This document shows positions 1-8,624 of a stretch of DNA of 64,000 bases, in pieces (position 1 is the stretch's first letter; the number at the start of each line of letters is the position of its first letter). Location: the NCBI GenBank assembly GCA_050246755.1, contig JBFWVL010000001.1:928001-992000 (forward strand), read 5' to 3'. Origin of the DNA: Bacteriovoracia bacterium (GTDB lineage Bacteria > Bdellovibrionota > UBA1018 > CAIPTA01). The position numbers were made by a program, and so were the translations under genes. The notes beneath the pieces are model-generated. The model ran no database searches, was not told where the DNA came from, and saw nothing but the letters and a program-made list of their open reading frames with translations.

Positions 1-1034
1 AGCACTAAAATCGATAATGCCCCGAGCACGCTAGCGATGATCCCATCCTCCGCCAGGAACCTAAGGAATTCATTATGAGGAGAGCGTTCCACAACTTTAT
101 CGTCGCGAAACAAAGCCATATTCCGGTAGGACACAAAACCAAACTCGTACTTTCCCACCCCTAAACCGTTAGGATGGTCGCTAATTAATGCGACGGTGCT
201 TTTCCAGGTTTCGGCCCGCCAACTCGCGTTCGCGCTTTTTTCCGTTACGAATCGCTCAGGGCCAATTTTTACCAACCCCAACACCGCAACTATCGACAGT
301 AGTGGCAAGAGCCAACGTAGCCTCCTCGACCTAGGCCTCCAGACAAGCAAAAGCGCAAACAGCAGCGCGAGTAAAACCGACCGGCATCCAGAAACTAAAA
401 TGTAAGTTGCTAAAACAAAACTGACGACCCCGAAAAAAATCTTCCTGCCAGTAGAGGGAGTGCGCGCAAATAAATAGCTCGAAAACAGCAGACAAATGCC
501 CAAAAATTCGGCCGCCATATTCGCGTGGCCAAACGTGGAAGAGACCGCAAAGTAAGGAACGCCATTAGAAAAATCCGAGCCTATCGCTTGAAATAGTCCG
601 AGGCTAGCCACCAAAAACCCCGAACTAACTGCCGCGAGCGCCAAAGCTTCCCAGCGAAGCGCTCCAAACTTAAAAAGCTGATAAGAATAAATCGCGATCA
701 AGACAAACCCAACGCGATCGAGGAAAGGCGTTTTATACGATAGCGGCCAAAGTCGATAGAGCGCGACGGCCAGGAGCGCCAACCAAAATGCGATGCTGCC
801 CCACTGAATTGCGGAGAACATTGGTAAGGCCATTTTTCGAAAACTTAAAAGCGTCAAAATGGACGCACAACCAAGCCAGTAGACCGCTAACCATTTAGGC
901 TGGGCGAAGTTATCGAAAAAAATTTGGGTATTGAACAGTGGGATCAAAAAAATAGCGGCAAGCAAAGGAAACCGCCGATAGTTACCTAATCTCAGCGGGT
1001 TTCCGAGAAAACTAATGTGCTTCCCGCGTGCCAT
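1..1034 (-). CDS. O-antigen ligase / O-oligosaccharyltransferase family membrane protein (Wzy_C), partial; runs off the left edge and is absent from the ORF track
   Basis: Manual translation from ATG 1034 gives MARGKHISF, many TM segments, STFGHANMAAEF, SWRAETWKSTVALISDHPNGLGVG and SPHNEFLRFLAEDG, which are the R..W / GxG / HNxxL motifs of the WaaL/PglL family. Confidence 0.8.
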   Translation of the reverse strand, partial: MARGKHISFLGNPLRLGNYRRFPLLAAIFLIPLFNTQIFFDNFAQPKWLAVYWLGCASILTLLSFRKMALPMFSAIQWGSIAFWLALLAVALYRLWPLSYKTPFLDRVGFVLIAIYSYQLFKFGALRWEALALAAVSSGFLVASLGLFQAIGSDFSNGVPYFAVSSTFGHANMAAEFLGICLLFSSYLFARTPSTGRKIFFGVVSFVLATYILVSGCRSVLLALLFALLLVWRPRSRRLRWLLPLLSIVAVLGLVKIGPERFVTEKSANASWRAETWKSTVALISDHPNGLGVGKYEFGFVSYRNMALFRDDKVVERSPHNEFLRFLAEDGIIASVLGALSILV

Positions 1035-1359
1035 TTCCTTCGATAGACTGCCCGGCACCTTTGGGTTGGTCCTTGGAGCGTACATGCCCTTCAATAACAC
1101 GGCCATCGCGTTCGCTGGAACTCCTAAACCAGTTCACCACGCGCTGAAAAATACCTGGGTAGCTCGGGTAAGAAGGAAATTGTGGCGGATAGCTGGGATA
1201 GGAAGGGCTATGCGGCGGATAGCTCGGGTAAGAAGGAAATTGTGGCGGATAGCTGGGATAGGAAGGGTTACGCGGATTTGCCAGTCGAACCGTTGGCTTA
1301 GCATCAGCTAAGTGACCTAAAAACATGCCCACAACAATAAAAATCATCAAAATTCTCAT
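1012..1359 (-). CDS. Small secreted Pro/Ser/Tyr-repeat protein
   Basis: Signal-peptide-like MRILMIFIVVGMFLGHLADA from ATG 1359, then four PSYPSYPP units; the ORF track starts further upstream at 1416. Confidence 0.65.
   Translation of the reverse strand: MRILMIFIVVGMFLGHLADAKPTVRLANPRNPSYPSYPPQFPSYPSYPPHSPSYPSYPPQFPSYPSYPGIFQRVVNWFRSSSERDGRVIEGHVRSKDQPKGAGQSIEGNGTREAH
1157..1270. repeat. Coding tandem repeat, ~30-bp unit x4 arranged as a 60-bp unit x2
   Basis: 1160-1207 is identical to 1220-1267; encodes PSYPSYPP(QF/HS). Confidence 0.95.
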
Positions 1360-1458
1360 AGGTAAGAGCTTCACATGAATTGCGGGTGCTAGTAAAATTT
1401 TATTTAGATAAACCACCCGAAATAGCCTTGCAAAAGACTATTTCGGATAAATCGCTGA

Positions 1459-2058
1459 CTAGTACTTAACCGAGCATCCGTAAGATTTCGTCTCAGCTAC
1501 TTCCACGGGCTTCTTCGCGGCCACGGCCGCAATCGCTTCCCGCACGTAGTTACGCGCACCCTTTACGTCGGCTTGGTCGGTAGAGGCCTTATCGTCGATC
1601 GCACCTTGGTAAACAATTTTACCAGCGGGATCGATCACGAACATATGCGGAGTAGTTTTCGCGGCGTAGGCCTTGCCCACTTTACCCTCGATGTCGAGAA
1701 GTACGTCGCTGGCGTTGGACTTATGCTCCTTGCGGTCCGCCTCGGCGCTTTCCGGAGTGGAAGCGCCCTGCTTCCCCTTCGCCGAGGAAATCACCGAGAG
1801 CCAAACCACGCCCTGTTTCGTGGCCTCGCCCTGAAGAGCCTGCATGTTTCCGCTGCCGTAATGCTTTTGCACGAAAGGGCAGCCGTAATTAAGCCACTCC
1901 AACACCACGGTCTTTCCTTTGTAATCGGAAAGCTTCACCGTTTTGCCCTTGCTATCCATCACGGAAAAATCAGGCGCGGCGCCGCCAGTGGTGGCCGCAG
2001 AAGCAATGTTTGCGATAAAAAAACCAGCCAGTACCCATTTCGAAATTTGCATTATCAA
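1459..2058 (-). CDS. Exported thioredoxin-fold redoxin (AhpC/TSA family)
   Basis: Signal peptide, APDF..LSDYKGK.VVLEWLNYGCPFV, TTPHMFVID, C-terminal YGCSVKY. Confidence 0.9.
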   Translation of the reverse strand: MIMQISKWVLAGFFIANIASAATTGGAAPDFSVMDSKGKTVKLSDYKGKTVVLEWLNYGCPFVQKHYGSGNMQALQGEATKQGVVWLSVISSAKGKQGASTPESAEADRKEHKSNASDVLLDIEGKVGKAYAAKTTPHMFVIDPAGKIVYQGAIDDKASTDQADVKGARNYVREAIAAVAAKKPVEVAETKSYGCSVKY

Positions 2059-2070
2059 TTACTCCTTCAG

Positions 2071-4089
2071 TTAAAAAGCCTTACGAACAATATCATCGGT
2101 CAGAATTTGCGGCAAAATCTTAGGCTGTTTGCTTCCTTTAGGAAAAGCTAAATAAAGAGGAACGCCGATGCGGCCGTGTCGCGCGAGCGCGGCGGTGATT
2201 TCCTGATCCTGATTCGTCCAGTCGGCCAGCAGCAGCGTTACGCCGCGTTCGCGGAAAAAATCCTGCAGTGCAGCCCTATCGAGCACAAGAGACTTATTCA
2301 CCTGGCAGGTTAAGCACCAGGCCGCCGTGAAATCCACGAATACCGGCCTCCCGTCTCGAAGAAGGGCTTCAAGGTTTGCATTGCTGTATTTTTTCCAAGA
2401 AGAATTTTCTGCAAGCGAACCCCCCGCCGCCATTCCTTGCTTCAGGGGCAAGAAACCAACTCCTAACGCCGTTATCGCCAACAAGAACGCGATAAGCTTC
2501 GCGGGCCGCGAGTGAAAGCTCAGCTGCACCCAAGCGGCAAAGCTCATCAGCAACAATCCGAGAGAAGTAAAGATCACTGCGTTCAATCCGAGTTGCTGCC
2601 CCAATACCCATAGCAGCCACACCATGGTGGCTAGCATCGGGAACGCAAAAAACTCTTTCATGCGTACCATCCATATCCCCGGCCGGGGCATGGAACGAAG
2701 CAGTGCCGGCCAGTACGCCAGTAGCACAAAGGGGGCCGCCAGCCCTACCGCGAGGCCGGTAAATACGCTGAATATGGCCCACGCTGGCTGCGAAAGCACG
2801 AGGCCGATTGCCGATCCCATAAAGGGAGCTGAGCACGGAGTAGCCACCACCACCGCGAGCACTCCGGTAAAAAAAGAACCGCTCCATCCTTCTTTTTCGG
2901 CGAGGCGGGAACCAAATCCCATCCAGTGCCCGCCCACCTCGAAAAATCCGCCAAGATTTCCCGCGAGCCCAAGAAAAAGAAACGAAAGCGCGATCACAAA
3001 CGCGGGCTGCTGCAACTGAAATCCCCAGCCAACGGCTTCCCCGGCCGAGCGCAGCGCCAGCAACACCGCCGTAAGAATCCAAAATGAAACTACTACGCCG
3101 AGCGCATATATTTTTCCGTGCAACCGAGCGCGCCAGGGATTCGTCGCCCCCTGTTCCAGCAGTGCCATTACCTTGATACCTAGCACCGGAAAGACACAAG
3201 GCATGAGGTTAAGCAGCACTCCGCCGAGAAATGCAAAAGCGATCGCCAGCCAAAGTGCGGGCGCCTCTTCTGTTGTGGGAGCAGGGCCGTTTACTCCCGG
3301 GAATTTTTCGTCGATTGCAATGGCGATTCGTTTTCCTCGCGGCCCCATCAGTAGCTCACCACGGAGGCCGGCGGCCTTCGCACTAAAGGGCTCGGCCTTA
3401 TCGAGCCAATAGATACCATTTTCTTTCACCGGCGGCGCTTTGCCATCTACCACTCCGCTTTCCAGCGGGAAAAAATCTAAGCTAGAGCCCAGCCATTTTG
3501 TGTCCGCACCGAAATCGAGGCCGACCCTATTTTCCTCTTGAATCACCGCAATTTTTTTGCCGGAAGGAATGCTCTTTGGCTGCTGCGCCCTCAGCTGATC
3601 GAAGGCGTTTGCTAGAGAAGTTTTTGCGGGATTTCCATCCGCCACTTTCAGCGAAAAATGCAACTCTGCTTTTTCGGGAACACACTCTTCTTTACAAACC
3701 AGCCAAGAGGCCTTCGCAGTTAAATTATACCCTCCCGGAGCCGTGCCCGGCGGAACCTGTATCTGAAAACCCAGAATCGTTTCACCGGAATAGCCAAAGT
3801 TCACGAGCGGCGGAAGTTCGATGCGTTGGGGAATTTCCCACGCAGGCGCCGAAATACTCCAGCCAGCCGGAAGCTGCCATTGTACTTTGGTAGGCAAACC
3901 TGAATCACCCGGAAATTTCCAGTAAGTATGCCAGTGGGGAATCATCTCGAGGCGAACCCCGATCCAGCCGCTGCTGCCCGGAGCAACTTGGCTTTCTTCC
4001 GTCACAATTTCGGCGGTCACGTGAGGCGTGCGAACGGTGTCGGCGGAGGCGTTAAACGCAACTAACAGGGTCAGTAGGGAAATCCACAT
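2071..4089 (-). CDS. dsbD: Protein-disulfide reductase DsbD family (DsbD-N, TM domain, thioredoxin)
   Basis: WHTYWKFPGDSG, VCKEECVP, NLMPCVFPVL, TPCSAPFM, DFTAAWCLTC. Confidence 0.9.
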   Translation of the reverse strand: MWISLLTLLVAFNASADTVRTPHVTAEIVTEESQVAPGSSGWIGVRLEMIPHWHTYWKFPGDSGLPTKVQWQLPAGWSISAPAWEIPQRIELPPLVNFGYSGETILGFQIQVPPGTAPGGYNLTAKASWLVCKEECVPEKAELHFSLKVADGNPAKTSLANAFDQLRAQQPKSIPSGKKIAVIQEENRVGLDFGADTKWLGSSLDFFPLESGVVDGKAPPVKENGIYWLDKAEPFSAKAAGLRGELLMGPRGKRIAIAIDEKFPGVNGPAPTTEEAPALWLAIAFAFLGGVLLNLMPCVFPVLGIKVMALLEQGATNPWRARLHGKIYALGVVVSFWILTAVLLALRSAGEAVGWGFQLQQPAFVIALSFLFLGLAGNLGGFFEVGGHWMGFGSRLAEKEGWSGSFFTGVLAVVVATPCSAPFMGSAIGLVLSQPAWAIFSVFTGLAVGLAAPFVLLAYWPALLRSMPRPGIWMVRMKEFFAFPMLATMVWLLWVLGQQLGLNAVIFTSLGLLLMSFAAWVQLSFHSRPAKLIAFLLAITALGVGFLPLKQGMAAGGSLAENSSWKKYSNANLEALLRDGRPVFVDFTAAWCLTCQVNKSLVLDRAALQDFFRERGVTLLLADWTNQDQEITAALARHGRIGVPLYLAFPKGSKQPKILPQILTDDIVRKAF

Positions 4090-4286
4090 AGGAAGAGTAT
4101 ACCTTCAGCTTTCTCGAACAGGCCTGTAATTCGGTTAGAGGTTCACTGCCAAGGTGACACCACTTTTTCATTTTGACTCTTATCCATAGAGAAACTTATA
4201 GAAAATATGACCTTGCGCGTTACCACTAAATTCATTCATTTCAGCTATTTGTATTTGCCTGAAAAAGCGCTGATTTTTTGCCGCCC

Positions 4287-4302
4287 TGGTGCATCTTTTG
4301 CA
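4287..4302 (+). promoter_or_regulatory. Putative sigma54 -24/-12 promoter
   Basis: TGGTGCATCTTTTGCA (GG-N10-GC) 25 bp before the 4328 ORF; IHF-like TTTCAGCTATTTG near 4239-4251. Confidence 0.6.
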
Positions 4303-4327
4303 CATTGGCCCCTAAGGGGATTCTCAC

Positions 4328-5086
4328 GTGATCTTTGGCTGGAAAAAAACAATCTCAGGAAAGGCCGGCCGCAAGGCCGATCCCGCTTTGGTTTTCGCCG
4401 ATGCCAGCCCTGAAACCGGCCTAATTCGCTTCGAAAACGTAAGTCTGCCCCCCGCCATTCAGGATCTTAGCCTCGAAATTCCTCTAGGCTCCTGGGTGAT
4501 CCTTTACGGCGACGACGACTTCGCCAAAGCCCTCTTTTGCGACCTATGCTTCACGTATATCCAGCCCGAACAGGGCAAGGTGCATCCCTGCCTCAAAGGC
4601 AGCGACGTAAGCTTCCTGGGCCGCTCCAACAACACCTACGGGCAAACCCTTACCGACCACCTAGGCTGTGGTGTGAAAGAAAACTCGCGGGAGCTGATGG
4701 CCTATACCGTGGAACACGTGCTCAGCAAAAGATTTCGGCGCCACCTCGATCCTAAATCCCCCCTTGAATTCGCCGGGGGCAAACGGGCTCCCGACGTGGA
4801 GCTCGACGAACGTGATTTTCTAGAGATTGCCGAGGCCAACGTTTTACTGCAACGGAGGAAAGCGGCGGTGATCGACACTACCTCTGATTTTTACCAAGTT
4901 GCCCTAGAGCAAGGATTTCGCCATTCCGAACTTTTCTTGAAGTCGGGAAAAACGATCATTTGGATCATCGACGAAGAGCATCCCCTTCCCCTCGACGCAT
5001 ACTATTGGAATGATACCCGCTATAAAGCGATTCAAAAAAATAGCCTTAGCTTCCCGCTCGGATCTCGCGCAGGTCACATAAACTAA
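4328..5086 (+). CDS. Degenerate ABC-ATPase-like protein
   Basis: IRFENVS..IQDLSLEIPLGSWVILYG and QPEQGKV match ABC NBD N-termini; Walker A reads GDDDFAKA, Walker B AAVIDTT; GKTIIWI near the switch region. Confidence 0.6.
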   Translation: MIFGWKKTISGKAGRKADPALVFADASPETGLIRFENVSLPPAIQDLSLEIPLGSWVILYGDDDFAKALFCDLCFTYIQPEQGKVHPCLKGSDVSFLGRSNNTYGQTLTDHLGCGVKENSRELMAYTVEHVLSKRFRRHLDPKSPLEFAGGKRAPDVELDERDFLEIAEANVLLQRRKAAVIDTTSDFYQVALEQGFRHSELFLKSGKTIIWIIDEEHPLPLDAYYWNDTRYKAIQKNSLSFPLGSRAGHIN

Positions 5087-5624
5087 AAAACTTCAGCCCG
5101 CGCGCGGTAATCACTTCCTTGGCGCCTTCCAAACGATCCACCACGGTGAGCACCGCGGAAACCTTGAACCCAGCCTCTTCGAGCTTCTCCACCGCTTTGA
5201 GCGCCGAGCCGCCGGTAGTGGCCACGTCTTCCAGCACCACCAGCTCCGCACCCTTCGGAAAAGTTTTGGCGCCTTCGATCCAGGCCAAGGTGCCATGCGC
5301 TTTGGTTTCTTTCCTCACGATAAATGCCGGCACGGCCATGCCGTTGGCAAAATAAGCGAGGCTCACGGAGGTAGCGAGCGGATCGGCGCCTAAGGTGAGG
5401 CCACCCACGGCGTAAGGATTGATTTTATTGCTCGCTAATTTTTCTACAGCCAGCGTGCCGATGAGGAAAGCCCCTTCGGGATGCAGCGCGGTCTCTTTCA
5501 CGTCGAGATAGAAACTGCTCTTCTTACCGGAGGCTAGGGTGAAGTCGCCCTCGCGGTAGCTCCTTTCGCGGAGGACCGCGATGAGCTTCTTTTTGAAAGT
5601 GGCAAAAGCTGCTTGAGTATCCAT
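5046..5624 (-). CDS. pyrE: Orotate phosphoribosyltransferase
   Basis: FTLASGKKSSFYLD, VRKETKAHG, PRPP loop VVLEDVATTGGS. Confidence 0.96.
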   Translation of the reverse strand: MDTQAAFATFKKKLIAVLRERSYREGDFTLASGKKSSFYLDVKETALHPEGAFLIGTLAVEKLASNKINPYAVGGLTLGADPLATSVSLAYFANGMAVPAFIVRKETKAHGTLAWIEGAKTFPKGAELVVLEDVATTGGSALKAVEKLEEAGFKVSAVLTVVDRLEGAKEVITARGLKFFSLCDLREIRAGS

Positions 5625-6454
5625 TTCTTGAGCTCCAGGAAGGCTCGCTCTTTCCCAGACTCATGAAAAGCCTCGTGGAAAAAGCGTTGAAATACTTTTA
5701 ACTCTACTTGGCCCGGATGAGCAACGGAGAGTTTCTGCGCAAATTTCTGCGCTGCCGCAGGATCGACCACTTTATCTTTGCCGTTAACCAAGAAAAGCAT
5801 GGGCAGATCCAATTTGGGCAATAAACCGTAAACGCCGGCGATTCCCGCTTCGATAGCAAGGTAGGCAGCCGGCGTGATCCAGCCGTGCACCAATGGGTCT
5901 TGCTCATAGCGGCGCACTTCCTCGCGATCGTGGCTAATATCTTTCGCCTTAATTCCCGACGGAACTTGGATCGTTTTCAGAAAGCCCGGCACATGCTTTG
6001 CCATCTTCGTTTCCACCAACCGTAAAGGATTCTGCGGTACTCCGAGGGCGGGCGCCGAGAGAACCAGTCCGCTGAGTGCCGGCTTTAGCGGGCCCGCAAT
6101 ATATCCTGCGGTGTAGGTAAGGGCAATCAGCCCTCCCAGGCTATGGCCCATAAGAAAACAAGGCTTATTGATGGCGAGATCCCCCGCCCCCACGAGGTGC
6201 TCGATCCAGGCATCGATATCCCGGTGGTGATCGGCGAGCTCATTGAAGTGCCCGCGCGTGCCCTGGGATCGCCCGTGACCGCGCAGATCGAAGAGATGAA
6301 CGTTCAGCTGCAGCTTATGGGCTTCTTCGGCCAACTCATGATAGCGGCCGCTATACTCGCCGAGGCCGTGCACCACCAGCAAGTTTCCGCGCGCCTTGGG
6401 CACGAGCAAACTCTCGCAAAACAGCAAAGTGCCATCGGCGCTGCGAAGGATCAT
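5534..6454 (-). CDS. Alpha/beta hydrolase, lysophospholipase (Hydrolase_4) family
   Basis: HGLGEYSGRY, DLRGHGRS, nucleophile elbow GHSLGG, D..V and FHE. Confidence 0.9.
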   Translation of the reverse strand: MILRSADGTLLFCESLLVPKARGNLLVVHGLGEYSGRYHELAEEAHKLQLNVHLFDLRGHGRSQGTRGHFNELADHHRDIDAWIEHLVGAGDLAINKPCFLMGHSLGGLIALTYTAGYIAGPLKPALSGLVLSAPALGVPQNPLRLVETKMAKHVPGFLKTIQVPSGIKAKDISHDREEVRRYEQDPLVHGWITPAAYLAIEAGIAGVYGLLPKLDLPMLFLVNGKDKVVDPAAAQKFAQKLSVAHPGQVELKVFQRFFHEAFHESGKERAFLELKKWILKQLLPLSKRSSSRSSAKGATARATSP

Positions 6455-7251
6455 TGGGAGATATACTTCTCGATCGCCGATTTTGCGTCTGAAGTGAGGT
6501 GCGTGAAGCGGAAACTAAACCCGCGTCCATCCTCGAGAATGCGAACCACTTCGCCTTCGCAGGCAAAGCCCGGCACATTTCCCTGGGGATTCACGTTGAG
6601 CTTCAGGGCCGTTCCCGCGGGGCCGGGAGACTGGTCCATGAGAACCTGCATTCCGCCCACGCTGATATCCCGGCAGATCGCCCATCCCACTTCTTTCCCG
6701 TCGGTGAGGAGGATCTTGGTTTCGAAAGGCTTACGCGGCGTAGAGCGCTTATCCGAAGCGGGAAGCTTGGCCTTCGCCGAAGGCAACTGCTTGACCCAGT
6801 AATCGATGTCCTTCATCTGCAGCCAGTCGGAAAAACCCTTCTGCCACATATGCGTTCCGGCACCGATACGGCCGGCCTCTAGGAGCCCGATTACTTCGCG
6901 GTCCGAGATGGGCCCGTAGTTGGCTTCGTCTAAATAGAGATACCAAGTGCGCAATTCTTCCTTCTGCTTAGGAGCTAAGGGAGGAGGTGCCGCCTGGGTA
7001 GACTTCTGGATTTCCGCAATTAAAGAGGCGGCCGGCTCGCCTGGGAGCAGAGGCTTAAAATCGATTACGTCGTAGATGCGGGTCCAGCCGCTGAAACCCT
7101 CTTTCCACACGTGGGAAGCGAAGTTCAATTCGCCGGCCTGAATTCGCTGCACAATTTCCTTCGCGCTAAGCGGGCCTGCGGGCCTGGCATTCATCACGGT
7201 ATACCATTTGAGGGCGGTGTCTTTAAGGAGGAGGTTTAGGGTATTTTCCAT
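6451..7251 (-). CDS. Tandem GYF_2 (DUF4339) domains plus PilZ domain
   Basis: Two W-Y..GP(L/I)S...VWKEGF/MWQKGF..W repeats; PilZ motifs RSTPR and DISVGG. Confidence 0.88.
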   Translation of the reverse strand: MENTLNLLLKDTALKWYTVMNARPAGPLSAKEIVQRIQAGELNFASHVWKEGFSGWTRIYDVIDFKPLLPGEPAASLIAEIQKSTQAAPPPLAPKQKEELRTWYLYLDEANYGPISDREVIGLLEAGRIGAGTHMWQKGFSDWLQMKDIDYWVKQLPSAKAKLPASDKRSTPRKPFETKILLTDGKEVGWAICRDISVGGMQVLMDQSPGPAGTALKLNVNPQGNVPGFACEGEVVRILEDGRGFSFRFTHLTSDAKSAIEKYISQ

Positions 7252-7305
7252 ATACTAATAGTAATAGTGCATCTAGCAGTCCAGCAAGGATGGCTATTAA
7301 ACACC

Positions 7306-7348
7306 TGTATAAAGTTACTACACTCTGGCGGAGTATACTTTCGGTACA
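7306..7348 (+). promoter_or_regulatory. Putative tandem enhancer (UAS) sites for a sigma54 activator
   Basis: TGTA-N9-TACA (7306-7322) and AGTA-N9-TACA (7332-7348), about 85-125 bp upstream of the sigma54 box. Confidence 0.45.
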
Positions 7349-7390
7349 CCTGCCTAAAATTCCAACGGATTAGCCAAAAATACCCATATT

Positions 7391-7403
7391 ATTCAATGGG
7401 TTA
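7391..7403 (+). promoter_or_regulatory. IHF-like binding site
   Basis: ATTCAATGGGTTA against WATCAANNNNTTR (1 mismatch), lying between the UAS and the sigma54 box. Confidence 0.5.
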
Positions 7404-7431
7404 TCATTTTCCGACCAGTCCCGTCTCCTTT

Positions 7432-7447
7432 TGGCATCAGGCTTGCT
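7432..7447 (+). promoter_or_regulatory. sigma54 -24/-12 promoter
   Basis: TGGCATCAGGCTTGCT, near-consensus TGGCAC-N5-TTGC; RBS TAGGAG precedes ATG 7486. Confidence 0.8.
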
Positions 7448-7485
7448 TTTACACTCCCGAGTTCCCTGAACTCTAGGAGTTATTT

Positions 7486-8589
7486 ATGAAGTTGTGTGGA
7501 TCGTTAAAAGTAGTGCCAGTGTTGATGCTCTTGAGCCTGAGCCTTCTGTCCGCTTGCGGCAACCCGAAGTTCCAAAAGCAAGAGCTTTCGGCCTCGGCAG
7601 TAGCGGGCCAATACACGAAGCCCAAAATCGATATCATTATCTTCCAGGATAATTCCGATTCGATGACGAATTCCCTTCAATACATTAAGCCGCAATTGAC
7701 GAGCTTTCTGAATTCGATCGATAGCCGCTGGGACTACCACTTCACGGTTATGCCCCTTCTCTATAAAATGACCATGAACCAAAAGTACATGGCCGCCCAA
7801 GACTGCACCGGTCTCTCGAACTGCATCACCGCAGGCCAATTCAACGTGGCTCCCGGCGACACGGGCTGGATCAATAGCAACGTACGTAACGGTAGCAATG
7901 ATTTTGGCTTCCAGTACATGCAGCAAACTCTAAACGACGCCAGCATGACGAGCTCGGGCTTCCTGCGCTCCGACGCGGCTCTTGCCACGATCGTAGTTTC
8001 CGATGGTAACGATATCTCGGCCGCTCACTACACCACCAACGCCGGCGGCCAGGTGATCCTTGATGGTCCCGCTACCCAAGCCGGCCTGAACACCTACGTG
8101 AGCTATATCGCCGGACTGAAGCCCAGCAACCTCATGAGCAAATTCTACGCGGTGGTTCCTCCGGGCAACGCGAACGACCTCACGAACTGCTACGGCTCGC
8201 AAGTATACGCTGGCAGCAGCTACTCGTACGTTTCTACCATGCTCGGTATACAGAACTCGCTGACGTACAACGTTTGCTCGGGCAATGCCCTCACCGGCGT
8301 GCTCGCCAATATTGGCAGCCAGCTCCAAGCCCTCGTAGACGCCTACAAATTCGACTACGTGGTTCTTTCGGAAAAGCCGGACGTGAGCACGATCAAGATC
8401 AAGAAGAACGGTGCGCTGATTTCCCAGTCGAACACCAACGGCTGGACCTACGTGGGCTACTTGGCCAACCAAGCCACTTCGTTCTACCCCGCCCCTTCGA
8501 ACGTGAAGTCGGGCTATATGATCAAGCTGAACGGCACCGCGGTCTATAAAGGCAGCGACAAGATCGACGTTACCTACAAAGCTTTCTAA
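7486..8589 (+). CDS. Lipoprotein with vWA/MIDAS domain (putative adhesin)
   Basis: Lipobox LSAC; KIDIIIFQDNSDSM (DxSxS); FLRSDAALATIVVSDGND; C-terminal beta domain with NGWTY. Confidence 0.8.
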   Translation: MKLCGSLKVVPVLMLLSLSLLSACGNPKFQKQELSASAVAGQYTKPKIDIIIFQDNSDSMTNSLQYIKPQLTSFLNSIDSRWDYHFTVMPLLYKMTMNQKYMAAQDCTGLSNCITAGQFNVAPGDTGWINSNVRNGSNDFGFQYMQQTLNDASMTSSGFLRSDAALATIVVSDGNDISAAHYTTNAGGQVILDGPATQAGLNTYVSYIAGLKPSNLMSKFYAVVPPGNANDLTNCYGSQVYAGSSYSYVSTMLGIQNSLTYNVCSGNALTGVLANIGSQLQALVDAYKFDYVVLSEKPDVSTIKIKKNGALISQSNTNGWTYVGYLANQATSFYPAPSNVKSGYMIKLNGTAVYKGSDKIDVTYKAF

Positions 8590-8624
8590 GAAGAAAGCCA
8601 CGCACACGATGAAGCCGGCGCAGT

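Noticed and set aside
1157-1270. CRISPR-like repeat
   Set aside because: In-frame coding tandem repeat without unique spacers; no cas genes
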